Shown: positions 1 through 9,757 of the stretch, in pieces
How the letters are laid out: each line of letters begins with the position of its first letter
Position numbering within the stretch: the stretch's first letter is position 1
Origin: Candidatus Cloacimonadales bacterium
GTDB lineage: Bacteria; Cloacimonadota; Cloacimonadia; Cloacimonadales; DAONDQ01
Assembly (NCBI GenBank): GCA_963662275.1
Contig: OY759316.1
Coordinates: 256,001 to 320,000 of the forward strand
Direction: 5' to 3'
DNA: 64,000 nucleotides
Notes under the pieces: model-generated
What the model was told of the DNA's origin: nothing
The model's input: the letters and a program-made list of their open reading frames with translations, nothing else
The model's database searches: none
Position numbers and translations under genes: made by a program

Positions 1-581
1 ATCCAGCCCGATTTTAACGATGATGTTAATTCGGAGTTCATAATGAAAAAGGGAGTTTTACCATCTGCATTTTGGGGAGGATTGAAGATAACCTGAATAG
101 ATTTTCGATAATATTCTTTTGCTTTGGCAACGTTAAAAATAACCCCAAATCCTTGAATACCAATATCTAATACTCGTTCACCCTTTTCAGTAGAAAATGC
201 AAGATCAACAGCTTCGAATGCCTTACGAATATATGTCGAGTCTTTCGCTGAATGAACTAGTGGCCAGTATCTTTTTAAATCCTGTTGTGCTTTAATAACA
301 TCTTTTGAATTTTTAAAAGATGTTTTATTGATGATTTGGGAAATATCAGAAATTTTGGATTGTGGCATATTTTTCGTATCAGATCCAACATAAATGTCTT
401 TTAAAGTTGAACTGTATTTGTTAATTTTTTTGTAATATCTAATGTTGTCATCAATTGTAGATCCAATCCAGAACATCAAACCTGATCCACTAATTACTAG
501 ATACGAAACGAATAGAAACAACATAGCTCTCCAGCCATATTTTGAAAAAAGGAAATCTCTAATATTTTTCAAAACTAACAT
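1..581 (-). CDS. Hypothetical membrane-anchored protein, runs off the left window edge
   Basis: Not in the ORF track because it has no stop in the window. Manual translation from ATG 581 (MLVLKNIRDFLFSKYGWRAMLFLFVSYLVISGSGLMFWIG...) is open to position 1. GGAG RBS overlaps the stop of the upstream gene. One N-terminal hydrophobic segment. Confidence 0.65.
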   Translation of the reverse strand, partial: MLVLKNIRDFLFSKYGWRAMLFLFVSYLVISGSGLMFWIGSTIDDNIRYYKKINKYSSTLKDIYVGSDTKNMPQSKISDISQIINKTSFKNSKDVIKAQQDLKRYWPLVHSAKDSTYIRKAFEAVDLAFSTEKGERVLDIGIQGFGVIFNVAKAKEYYRKSIQVIFNPPQNADGKTPFFIMNSELTSSLKSGW

Positions 582-589
582 AACATCTC

Positions 590-1663
590 CTAAAATTTAA
601 TACTAATACTTGTTTTCAAGGGAGAGTCAACCAGGCTAAGTGACTCACTATCATAATTATATTTATTCAATTTATCATAATTCATATAAATTGTGTAACT
701 TATATCGACTTCTGCTTTCGAAAAATGTAGAAATTTGGAGATCAATTTGTTGAATCCAAAACCCAAAGAGGTACTATCCCAGCTGAAAGAATCTCCATTA
801 GAACCAACTCCCCCAGAAAATCCAATTCTACTTATGAGTAATTCCCAGAAGTAAATTTCTCCTCCGATTGTGCATTTCAAGGGAGAATAATTAGAAGCAT
901 TTCCTTCAAAACCTATCATTAGATGTTGTTTACTAAATTGATAGCAAGCACCCGTTCTTATTCCATATTGATAAATATCATCTTCACTACGAAGAGATTC
1001 AAATGTTGTCTGTAATGCAATACCTATCTGAAGACTATCCAATGATCCTCTGAAACCAAGATCGATACCATGTTGGTGTTTGGGACTTCTTAAGCGACCA
1101 ATATCCATCCATCCATTCTTGTAATCGATGCCTAAAGAATAATCACCAGCTATTCTTTTAGCCAAAGCAATTGAAATCATATTTTCGCGACTATCAAATA
1201 CACCAATTGTTTCAATTTCATTTGTATTTGGAATAATCTGAGTCTGTTGGATATTATTAATGCCTCTTGAATACAAATTAAGACCACAGTCAACATCCCA
1301 TAATTTATGAAGCAGACCAAAATACATAAAATCCCATCCATCATCAGTAGAAGAATTTAAGTTAAAGTAGTCATCTGTATCACCAGGATGACTCCATCTC
1401 TGTATCATGCCAATTTCTGTTTCTTTAATATCATCTTCTTTCGCAATACCTGCCGGATTCCAGAACATTGAAAACGGTCCAGTGGAAAAAGCGACTCCCA
1501 TTCCTCCCATGGCAACTTCTCTAGGTGAGACTGGAATCTGTGCAAAAGCTAAAGGACCTCCACCTCCGCTATATACCTTAGCTTCAGCATTACAAATCAT
1601 TAATGAATACATCGATATGAATAAAAAAAGAACTAGCTTACATTTAATAACATACGTATTCAT
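590..1663 (-). CDS. PorV/PorQ-UPF0164 family (FadL-like) outer-membrane beta-barrel protein
   Basis: Signal peptide; N-terminal motif AFAQIPVSPREVAMGG...SMFWNPAGIA typical of PorV/UPF0164; amphipathic strands; C-terminal Phe (SISIKF). Confidence 0.75.
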   Translation of the reverse strand: MNTYVIKCKLVLFLFISMYSLMICNAEAKVYSGGGGPLAFAQIPVSPREVAMGGMGVAFSTGPFSMFWNPAGIAKEDDIKETEIGMIQRWSHPGDTDDYFNLNSSTDDGWDFMYFGLLHKLWDVDCGLNLYSRGINNIQQTQIIPNTNEIETIGVFDSRENMISIALAKRIAGDYSLGIDYKNGWMDIGRLRSPKHQHGIDLGFRGSLDSLQIGIALQTTFESLRSEDDIYQYGIRTGACYQFSKQHLMIGFEGNASNYSPLKCTIGGEIYFWELLISRIGFSGGVGSNGDSFSWDSTSLGFGFNKLISKFLHFSKAEVDISYTIYMNYDKLNKYNYDSESLSLVDSPLKTSISIKF

Positions 1664-1671
1664 TTTATCTC

Positions 1672-4272
1672 CTAATGAACAAGCACAAGAGGCCAGGAAA
1701 CTTTGATATCGTTATTTGCTTTTAGATAGACCAAGTATATACCACTTGCAACGGCATCCCCACTATAGTTCCTTCCATTCCATCCATTTAGAATTTGATG
1801 TTTTCCAGCATCATTTTTTACACTCCACTTTTTAACAAGTCGTCCAGCAGAGTCTATGATCTTAATCTCAGCAGAACTTACTTCGGACGGTAACTGATAT
1901 TCAATAATGGCATATCCATTTTCTTTTTGATAATATGGGTTTGGAGCTGTTCTGAGAGAATATCCTCCTGATTCATGTTGATGATTAATTGGTTGATCTA
2001 TTTTAAAAGTAACACTATCTACTTCGCCTGCTTTATTCAGAATCGTTGGTATGCTTATATTTGTAGTCAGCTTTCCTGAAAGTGGCTCTGTATTTGTTAA
2101 AATCCAGTTATTTGTAAGATTTTCAGCTAGAAGAGAATCATCTTCAGACTGATACTCCACACGGTCAGAATCCAGAGCATCGCTACCACCTACCATGACT
2201 CCATCTCTTGTGTATCCTATAAATACAGGTCTTAAAATATTAGTGAACATTTGAGCTATTGGATTGATTAATACATCAGAGAGTTTCATTTTATTTGCAT
2301 CAAAACCCCTGGTTTCATTAATAAAGTTTTGAACTCTTTCAAGAGCATTATTGGAATAAAGATATTTTAGAGTATCTGTAATAGATTTGGGACTCAGAAT
2401 AAGAGACTTTAGTTGGGCTTCGTTAGAGCTTTCTAATAATGTACTTAAAGATTGCATCATCTTCGATTTTGAAATGAAGTTCCGACCTGTGATGTATGCA
2501 CTTACATCTGTATACGGAGATATATTACTATAGGCTTCATTTAACCCTGATGGATAAAAATTCAAAACTACTGGTGGTATCCCATCTTCCACTATCAGCG
2601 TATATTTACAAAAAAGACTATCACCAGTAGGTTCTTGGCAAATTTCCTCTAATTGATGTTCAATATTCTCTTCGTTGCATTGGAAAGCAACATCATTGTA
2701 ATCTGGACCTACTATCAAGTTACTCGCAATATGGGTTTTAATAACCAGCATAGAAGGATCGGATTGTGCTTTTAATAGTGTAACACTCGAACTGTCTCTA
2801 TTACTGGCACAATTTGTTGCTAATTTAGCACCATCTCCCAATTTGATAAACATACATTCAGCAGAATCTGCCTCTGTATAACCTATTTGTTGATAAGATA
2901 GAACAATTGAATTATCTACATTATCTATATCTTCAAACTTGTCATCAGATTCTGTCAGAAAGAACATATTCTTTGCTTCATTCCCGAATTGAGAATGTCT
3001 TGATACATTCATATCAAATTTTACTTTGATAAGATCGTCCTTGTTGATTTCTCCATCAGGTATACCTGTTATTCCACCATCTAAGTAACGACAATTCATA
3101 ATTTGTGGCAATTTGTCTGTTTGCACAGTGATCCTGATTGCTGAAGGATACGTAATATGGGTAACACATCTTGTTGTATCCATATAAGAGCATACAAGAT
3201 CCAGATTAACTGCATAATCACCGAGAACCATTGCCCCGGGTATCATTTCATTGAATGTTAAAACAGCACTGTTATTGATAGAATCAAGCACGACATTCGA
3301 GTTCATATATGCAGTAACACTGTTTCCCAGGTTATCAGAGAAAGACAGTTTGGAACAGGGTTCTTGATTAATTGTATTACCGAATAAAGTCAAATTTGGA
3401 TGCCTACCAGGTTTCAAATGCACGAATACTTCAAATTTAGCAAGTTTCTCTCTTAGAACGATGGGATCAGATTGTAATACGGGGATTTCTAATGCTGGAG
3501 GGCTAATAATTTCAAAGAGATTGATACATGTAGTTGAATCCGTAAATGCATTTTGATTCTCATCATGTCCTTTTAATATGAATGTAACATCATGAAATCC
3601 TACTTCAAAATCTAATCCTAACGGAGAATAGCTAAAAATGCAATGCATCACAGAACCTTCATCTACTATGCATGAGTCCATATATGAGATGAATTCATGA
3701 CCTGCGTTGTCTTTACACTTAATCAGACTCTCATTCATAGCAAAATAAGCATCTGCGCTTCCTTGATTCTCGATGTCTATACTGAAACGAACAGTTCCAC
3801 CCTGAACTCCGTTTCCTGGACTCAGAGAGCTTATATCAGGCTCTAATTCAACAGGAGTTTGTGCTGTAACATCATCAGAAAGAGTTCCACTACTGAAGAA
3901 CTCATAGCCGTTTCTATCTGAACCTTTTAGTTGTAGTGTCATATGACAAAGAGAATCTGATACAATTGGGAAAACCTTCGATTTAAAAGTGATAGGAAGA
4001 GTCTCATTGGAATGAAAATGCACTACAGAAGTTGCAAACAGAGTATCGATACCGTTTAGAGTCGGAAAACTCAACCAGGTTTGACTAGGTTGAAGATCAA
4101 TTTCTGTACTCGTTTGATTTTGAACCTGTAATGAAAATGAACGTGAGAATCCCATTGTCACCTTTGGGGGAGATATCGATCCTGCGAGATATTCTAATTT
4201 AGGATCTTCGATAACCTGTACAGAATCTATGGTATTGGGTTGATCATCTATCATGGAAAGAGAGTTAATCAT
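1672..4272 (-). CDS. Large Ig-like repeat secreted protein with FlgD-Ig/T9SS type-A-like CTD; apparently missing its 5' end
   Basis: C-terminus TAPNPY...IKIIDSAGRLVK...WNGRNYSGDAVASGIYLVYL. No signal peptide or RBS. The start overlaps hppA head to head and an in-frame stop lies at ~4303. Confidence 0.7.
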   Translation of the reverse strand: MINSLSMIDDQPNTIDSVQVIEDPKLEYLAGSISPPKVTMGFSRSFSLQVQNQTSTEIDLQPSQTWLSFPTLNGIDTLFATSVVHFHSNETLPITFKSKVFPIVSDSLCHMTLQLKGSDRNGYEFFSSGTLSDDVTAQTPVELEPDISSLSPGNGVQGGTVRFSIDIENQGSADAYFAMNESLIKCKDNAGHEFISYMDSCIVDEGSVMHCIFSYSPLGLDFEVGFHDVTFILKGHDENQNAFTDSTTCINLFEIISPPALEIPVLQSDPIVLREKLAKFEVFVHLKPGRHPNLTLFGNTINQEPCSKLSFSDNLGNSVTAYMNSNVVLDSINNSAVLTFNEMIPGAMVLGDYAVNLDLVCSYMDTTRCVTHITYPSAIRITVQTDKLPQIMNCRYLDGGITGIPDGEINKDDLIKVKFDMNVSRHSQFGNEAKNMFFLTESDDKFEDIDNVDNSIVLSYQQIGYTEADSAECMFIKLGDGAKLATNCASNRDSSSVTLLKAQSDPSMLVIKTHIASNLIVGPDYNDVAFQCNEENIEHQLEEICQEPTGDSLFCKYTLIVEDGIPPVVLNFYPSGLNEAYSNISPYTDVSAYITGRNFISKSKMMQSLSTLLESSNEAQLKSLILSPKSITDTLKYLYSNNALERVQNFINETRGFDANKMKLSDVLINPIAQMFTNILRPVFIGYTRDGVMVGGSDALDSDRVEYQSEDDSLLAENLTNNWILTNTEPLSGKLTTNISIPTILNKAGEVDSVTFKIDQPINHQHESGGYSLRTAPNPYYQKENGYAIIEYQLPSEVSSAEIKIIDSAGRLVKKWSVKNDAGKHQILNGWNGRNYSGDAVASGIYLVYLKANNDIKVSWPLVLVH

Positions 4273-6490
4273 ATGTGTTTTAGGTTTGTTGTTCGGATTC
4301 TTTCAATATCGGGGAATTCGTAGTCTTCCAGTCCATCGAGCGATGAGCGAAGTCTCTGAATTGATCTATAGTACGTGTAAGACTTATTTGATCACACAAG
4401 GTAAATTCTTATTGGTACTGGAAGTGCTGATTGGAATTATCATCTCCTTTTATTTTGGTTATGTGAAGCATTTCCCAGGTTCACATGTAGCGATCATTCT
4501 TGCTTCGAGTGTGATCGGGATTCTTGGCAGCTATATGGTTGCCTGGTTTGGAATACGTGTCAACACAAGAGCAAACTCACGTTCTGCTTTTGCTAGCCTG
4601 AGAGGCAAACCTTTCCCGACCTATGCCATCCCAATCAGGGCAGGTATTAGTGTTGGAATGATGTTGATCAGTGTTGAACTTTTAATTATGCTCTGCATAT
4701 TGTTATTTATCCCGGGTAATTATGCCGGTGCCTGTTTCATAGGCTTTGCTATCGGTGAATCTTTGGGTGCTTCAGTGCTTCGTATTGCTGGCGGTATTTT
4801 TACTAAGATAGCTGACATCGGTGCTGACCTGATGAAGATCGAACACGAGATCAAAGAAGATGATCCCCGCAATCCCGGTGTGATTGCTGATTGTACCGGT
4901 GATAATGCCGGTGATTCTGTAGGTCCCACTGCTGATGGTTTTGAAACTTATGGTGTAACAGGTGTTGCACTCATCACTTTCGTACTGCTGGCAGTCCCCA
5001 ATGTTCAGATGCAGGTAATCCTGCTTGTTTGGCTTTTCGTTATGCGCCTTGCTATGCTCATTGCCAGCGGATTATCCTATTATATCAATGACTTCATTGC
5101 TCGCATCCGCTTTTCGCACGTCGATAAAATGAATTTCGAAGATCCTTTAACCTCACTGGTATGGATTACTTCTGTTTTCTCGATCTTTTTAATATTCCTG
5201 CTATCCTATATCATCCTTGCTCCTCATTATCCAACCTTATGGTGGAAACTTGCTTCTATCATAACGTGTGGAACTATAGCAGGAGCAGTGATTCCTGAAA
5301 TCGTCAAAATATTCACATCCACCAAATCTGCCTTTGTGCAGAATATTCTGACTTCTTCAAAACATGGAGGAGCTTCTTTGAATATTCTCGCTGGTCTTAC
5401 TTCCGGCAATTACAGTGCATATTGGATGGGAATGGTGATCATTGCATTAATGGGAACTGCATTCATATTTAGTACCTTTGGTCTTGGCGTTTTCATGATT
5501 GCCCCTGCTGTTTTTGCGTTTGGCTTGGTAGCTTTCGGGTTTTTGAGTATGGGGCCGGTTACAATTGCCGTAGATTCATATGGACCTGTTACGGATAATG
5601 CGCAATCTGTATATGAATTATCCTTGATTGAAACCATTCCTAATATTAAAAAAGAAATTGAAAAAGACTTTGGATTTACACCTGATTTTGAGAGAAGTAA
5701 GGCTTTTCTCGAAGAAAATGACGGTGCCGGCAATACTTTTAAAGCTACAGCAAAACCTGTTCTTATTGGTACTGCTGTTGTAGGTGCTACGACTATGATC
5801 TTTTCCATCATCATGATTTTAACTAACGGTCTTACTCAAAACATGGAGAAACTATCATTAATATATCCTCCATTCCTATTGGGTTTGCTTGCTGGCGGGG
5901 CAATGATCTATTGGTTTACCGGCGCAACAATGCATGCTGTTACGAGTGGAGCCTACCGAGCCGTTGAGTTCATCAAATCTAAACTGAAACTGGATGGACA
6001 TGCTGTAGCTAGCTTGGAAGACAGCTCGAAAGTAGTGGAAATTTGCACTATTTACGCCCAAAAAGGCATGATCAATATCTTCATGGTTATTTTTCTGACC
6101 ACATTAGCATATGCTTGCCTGGAACCTTTCTTCTTTATTGGATACCTGATTTCCATCGCGATGTTCGGTCTTTACCAGGCTATCTATATGGCGAATGCCG
6201 GTGGTGCCTGGGATAATACGAAGAAAATTGTGGAATGCGATTTAAAGGAAATGTCAACTCCTTTGCATGAAGCTTCTGTTATTGGTGATACCGTTGGAGA
6301 TCCATTTAAAGATACTTCTTCTGTGGCTATGAACCCGGTGATCAAGTTCACAACCTTATTCGGGTTACTGGCTATGGAATTGGCTCTGACTTTAACCCGT
6401 ACGATGAACACAATTTTGGCGATTATATTCTTTAGTGGAGCACTTATTTTTATCGTACTATCCTTTACCAGTATCCGTATTCGGGATTAG
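4253..6490 (+). CDS. hppA: Membrane-bound proton-translocating pyrophosphatase (probably N-terminally truncated)
   Basis: Motifs GGIFTKIADIGADL, EDDPRNPGVIADCTGDNAGD, DSYGPVTDNA, GNTFKATAK, NAGGAWDNTKK and GDTVGDPFKD; many TM helices. Confidence 0.93.
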   Translation: MERELIICVLGLLFGFFQYRGIRSLPVHRAMSEVSELIYSTCKTYLITQGKFLLVLEVLIGIIISFYFGYVKHFPGSHVAIILASSVIGILGSYMVAWFGIRVNTRANSRSAFASLRGKPFPTYAIPIRAGISVGMMLISVELLIMLCILLFIPGNYAGACFIGFAIGESLGASVLRIAGGIFTKIADIGADLMKIEHEIKEDDPRNPGVIADCTGDNAGDSVGPTADGFETYGVTGVALITFVLLAVPNVQMQVILLVWLFVMRLAMLIASGLSYYINDFIARIRFSHVDKMNFEDPLTSLVWITSVFSIFLIFLLSYIILAPHYPTLWWKLASIITCGTIAGAVIPEIVKIFTSTKSAFVQNILTSSKHGGASLNILAGLTSGNYSAYWMGMVIIALMGTAFIFSTFGLGVFMIAPAVFAFGLVAFGFLSMGPVTIAVDSYGPVTDNAQSVYELSLIETIPNIKKEIEKDFGFTPDFERSKAFLEENDGAGNTFKATAKPVLIGTAVVGATTMIFSIIMILTNGLTQNMEKLSLIYPPFLLGLLAGGAMIYWFTGATMHAVTSGAYRAVEFIKSKLKLDGHAVASLEDSSKVVEICTIYAQKGMINIFMVIFLTTLAYACLEPFFFIGYLISIAMFGLYQAIYMANAGGAWDNTKKIVECDLKEMSTPLHEASVIGDTVGDPFKDTSSVAMNPVIKFTTLFGLLAMELALTLTRTMNTILAIIFFSGALIFIVLSFTSIRIRD

Positions 6491-6532
6491 AACTAACAAT
6501 AAGAATTGCTTATCTATTAGTGTTATATATCA

Positions 6533-6560
6533 AAATGGCAGACTGTTCGGTCTGCCATTT
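6533..6560. terminator. Bidirectional intrinsic terminator between convergent genes
   Basis: Stem AAATGGCAGAC / GTCTGCCATTT with a 6-nt loop, between the hppA stop (6490) and the stop at 6576. Confidence 0.75.
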
Positions 6561-6575
6561 GATTTAGGAGATCAG

Positions 6576-9146
6576 TTATTTAACCAGGATTAGCTTCTGA
6601 ATCCTATGTTTATTCCCGAGGTAAGAAGAACAGAAGTAGATACCGGAAGCTAGCTGGTGGTTGCTTTCATCTGTCCCGTTCCAATCCAGGTCATGTTTGC
6701 CGGATTCTAAAAAAGCATTGATCAAGGTCTTGACTTTCTGCCCCCTGATATTGAATATCTCCAGTTTCACTTTTTGCGGTGATTTCAGATGAAAAGACAG
6801 CGTCGCGCTGCTTTGAAAGGGATTCGGATATATTGATAATCCTTCCCTCGCTGCTGCTGTATTGTCTTGGTTGGCAACGGGTGTAATGATTGACATCCTG
6901 CGAATGCTATCATAGCGATTTGCGTAACTGACGATGAGGGAGGGAGAAAATGTGCCGCCTTCTGTATAAACATAAGTGGGATTCTGCTCTTCAGAATCAA
7001 GAACACCATCATCATTGAAATCCCACGCCCAATGATCGGCATCACCAGTACTCATATCCGTAAAATGGACGGCAAGTGGAGCTGCACCACTGGTATCAGA
7101 GACAGCAAAACCAGCATGAATCTGACCCTGGTATTCATAAGCACCAATATCTATCCTGCTCTGTACCCCCAAACCATTCATTATTCTCGGATTTCCAAAT
7201 AAGTCAAAAGGAGAGAGTGATAATCCTGTGGTATCAGTTGTTCCGGCATCTATACCCGGGGATAGGGAAGTTATCATATAGGAGTTATCTCCCCACCCAA
7301 AGAATATCGGCTCTTCATCAATATTTCCCTCCTGCCAGTGCAGGAAATCTGAAGGATCACAAAATACACCATCCATGCCATTCCGAATGATGTTATTGGA
7401 TAGATACTCATGATGATTATTCAAACCATCAGGAGTATAAAGAAATTGAACTTCCTGGGTTAAACCCGGATTCCAAAAGATATTGTTCTTCAGGACAGCA
7501 TCACCCACTATTCCCAACACAGCGCTTCCTCCTGAATTATTGGCAAACGTGCAGTTACTGATTTCAATACCGTTATTGGCTGATACTAGAGCCATAAAAG
7601 TATATGCTGTTTGAGTATTCTCTATGATATTAGAATTCGTTATTATTACTTTGAGTGTATCATCATCTGTATTACGCCCAATAGAAAAAATAGTTGGCAT
7701 TCCTTCTGCTGAACTGAAATTCCCCTTGAAAGTGCAGCCATCTATGATAATCGTTCCCTTATCACCATATTTCAAACCATTTCCATCTCCCTGAAGACTT
7801 GTATTGTTTTCGGAAATGCAATTAATCAGATAATTAGTGCCTCTGTTTTCACCAAAATAAAAGCCAGGATAAACATATGAAGCAAAATTGTTTCTTACAG
7901 TAGTATTCTTTATTCGAAAGTCCTTACATCGGGTAATACCGATTCCCGATCCAATATCGCTTGAAGCATTTTCAACTATGACGTTATTAATTAACAAATT
8001 CAAGGATTTATCGGGGGCAATACTGATATTCGAATTTCTGCATGTGAGATTGGTTATTGTAACATTTCGGCTGCCAGTTGCGGGTCTGATTAGAATTTGT
8101 GTTCCACTCCCATCAAGTACAGTGGTTTCTCTTGTTTCTCCAGTAAGGGTTGTCCAGCTTTTTACAGGTATTCCGTATTGCTGATAGTTTTCGGGAAATG
8201 AATAGTTACCGGGTGCAAGATAAATCATCTTAGGATTTAAACTGTCTGCTGCTATATGATACATGGCATAATATATGGAGCGAAGCGGAGATGCTTCCGA
8301 CAAGCCATCATTTGCATTATTGCCATTAGGAGCAACATATAGGTCATGATTAATTTCTGTCATATAGGCATGTTCAATTTCACAAGTGATGGGATTCTCT
8401 ATTTGTGGATTATATGAATATCCTGTTATGAAAAAATTCAGTGGATTCATAACAGAACAAGTATCCAGTATGACTTGTACATAATCAAAATATTGAAAAA
8501 AACAGTCTGTTCCTATTGATGCAAAGTTATTATAGATATTGCACTTCACTTGCTGATTAAAAACAATTGTATTATTTACTAATTGTAAATTATTATAACA
8601 TATGATACCCCCCCCAATATCAGCATTGTTATCCCTAACAGTTGTCCCAGCTAAAAAAAGATTTGAAGCATTGGAGGAAATCCCTCCTCCATTATCGGCT
8701 GAATTATTGAATATTAAACTATTTATCACACTAAGTTGACCAATATGAGAACTATTTATTCCTCCTCCAAAACGTTTATTACTTCCAGTATAATAATTGC
8801 CAATTCCATTTGTAAGAGTTAGTCCTTGAACGGTCGCATTAATTTCATTATGATTAAGAATAATGCAACTGCTAATCTGGTTTCCATCTATAATTGTAGA
8901 ATTTGTATATATAGGATTCCCAGTTGTCAGTTCCAAACTCGCAAGGGTGATGCTATGCCCATTAAAATTGACATTCTCGAAGTATCTTCCCGGATATACT
9001 AAGACCGTGTCACCGGTTGCAGAGGCATTGATGGCTGATTGGATAGCAGTAAACTGAGCAGAGCCATCCAGGTTTACGGTATGAGTAAGAGCGCAGAGTA
9101 TTCCTGTTGAGAATGCAAGCATTATCAATAACATAGTCTTTGACAT
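6576..9146 (-). CDS. Secreted right-handed beta-helix (pectin-lyase-like/DUF1565) protein with PKD domain and FlgD/T9SS type-A-like CTD
   Basis: Signal peptide; FTAIQSAINAS..GDTVLVYPGRYFEN; YVAPNGNNANDG; IDIGAYEYQ; PKD motif WAWDFNDDG; CTD IYPNPF...IFNIRGQKVKTL...SGIYF. Confidence 0.85.
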   Translation of the reverse strand: MSKTMLLIMLAFSTGILCALTHTVNLDGSAQFTAIQSAINASATGDTVLVYPGRYFENVNFNGHSITLASLELTTGNPIYTNSTIIDGNQISSCIILNHNEINATVQGLTLTNGIGNYYTGSNKRFGGGINSSHIGQLSVINSLIFNNSADNGGGISSNASNLFLAGTTVRDNNADIGGGIICYNNLQLVNNTIVFNQQVKCNIYNNFASIGTDCFFQYFDYVQVILDTCSVMNPLNFFITGYSYNPQIENPITCEIEHAYMTEINHDLYVAPNGNNANDGLSEASPLRSIYYAMYHIAADSLNPKMIYLAPGNYSFPENYQQYGIPVKSWTTLTGETRETTVLDGSGTQILIRPATGSRNVTITNLTCRNSNISIAPDKSLNLLINNVIVENASSDIGSGIGITRCKDFRIKNTTVRNNFASYVYPGFYFGENRGTNYLINCISENNTSLQGDGNGLKYGDKGTIIIDGCTFKGNFSSAEGMPTIFSIGRNTDDDTLKVIITNSNIIENTQTAYTFMALVSANNGIEISNCTFANNSGGSAVLGIVGDAVLKNNIFWNPGLTQEVQFLYTPDGLNNHHEYLSNNIIRNGMDGVFCDPSDFLHWQEGNIDEEPIFFGWGDNSYMITSLSPGIDAGTTDTTGLSLSPFDLFGNPRIMNGLGVQSRIDIGAYEYQGQIHAGFAVSDTSGAAPLAVHFTDMSTGDADHWAWDFNDDGVLDSEEQNPTYVYTEGGTFSPSLIVSYANRYDSIRRMSIITPVANQDNTAAAREGLSIYPNPFQSSATLSFHLKSPQKVKLEIFNIRGQKVKTLINAFLESGKHDLDWNGTDESNHQLASGIYFCSSYLGNKHRIQKLILVK

Positions 9147-9180
9147 ATCTTCTCCAAGATTCTAATTGGAACGCTATCTT

Positions 9181-9476
9181 TAGACCCCCCTCCCCCCCTT
9201 CTCAAGGGGGGATTAAGGAGCCTTATCTGAACTTAATTTTAGTCTCCCCTTTCCAATCCCCCCTTGAGAAGGGGGGTTAAGGAGCCTTATCTGAACTTAA
9301 TTTTAGTACCCTTTCTAATCCCCCCTTGAGAAGGGGGGTTAAGGAGCCTTATCTGAACTTAATTTTAGTACCCTTTCTAATCCCCCCTTGAGAAGGGGGG
9401 TTAAGGAGCCTTATCTGAACTTAATTTTAGTCTCCCCTTTCTAATCCCCCCTTGAGAAGGGGGGTAGGGGGGTCTA
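9181..9476. repeat. BIME-like array of 5 CCCCCCTT(GAG/CTC)AAGGGGGG palindromes with ~35-bp terminal inverted repeats and 4 near-identical spacers (period 62-64 bp)
   Basis: Left end TAGACCCCCCTCCCCCCCTTCTCAAGGGGGGATTA; right end TAATCCCCCCTTGAGAAGGGGGGTAGGGGGGTCTA. Spacer AAGGAGCCTTATCTGAACTTAATTTTAGT starts at 9215, 9279, 9341 and 9403. Confidence 0.9.
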
Positions 9477-9494
9477 TTTCTGAATCTGTGCCAT

Positions 9495-9565
9495 ATTTGG
9501 AGTTCAAATGCCCTAAACAAATTATCATTGAATACTTAACTAAAAGGGCATTCGGACTTCAAAAT
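9495..9565. repeat. Degenerate inverted repeat (possible decayed REP doublet)
   Basis: ATTTGGAGTTCAAATGCCCT ... AGGGCATTCGGACTTCAAAAT; related fragments GAAGTTCAAAT and AAAGTCCAAATCGCC follow at ~9604-9645. Confidence 0.4.
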
Positions 9566-9646
9566 CGACCTTTCATTCTCGGTAGCGAAAACCTGTTTTC
9601 TGGGAAGTTCAAATCCTCAGCTTTCATGTAAAGTCCAAATCGCCTT

Positions 9647-9704
9647 TGTGAAATGTTATTTATTACATTTACCCGCTTTTAATGGTTATAAATAACCATT
9701 CACG
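9647..9704. repeat. REP-like inverted doublet (GTG-tagged, AT-rich palindromes), copy 1
   Basis: GTGAAATGTTATTTATTACATTT, 10-nt spacer, AATGGTTATAAATAACCATTCACG; related copy at 12617-12680. Confidence 0.7.
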
Positions 9705-9757
9705 AAGCAACTTGGTGATTGAAACTCCAAAATTCGAGAGTATTGCGCCCCTATAGA

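Noticed and set aside
9181..9476. CRISPR array (palindromic repeats at a ~62-bp period)
   Set aside because: Spacers are near-identical, the first repeat is inverted, and there are no cas genes in the window.
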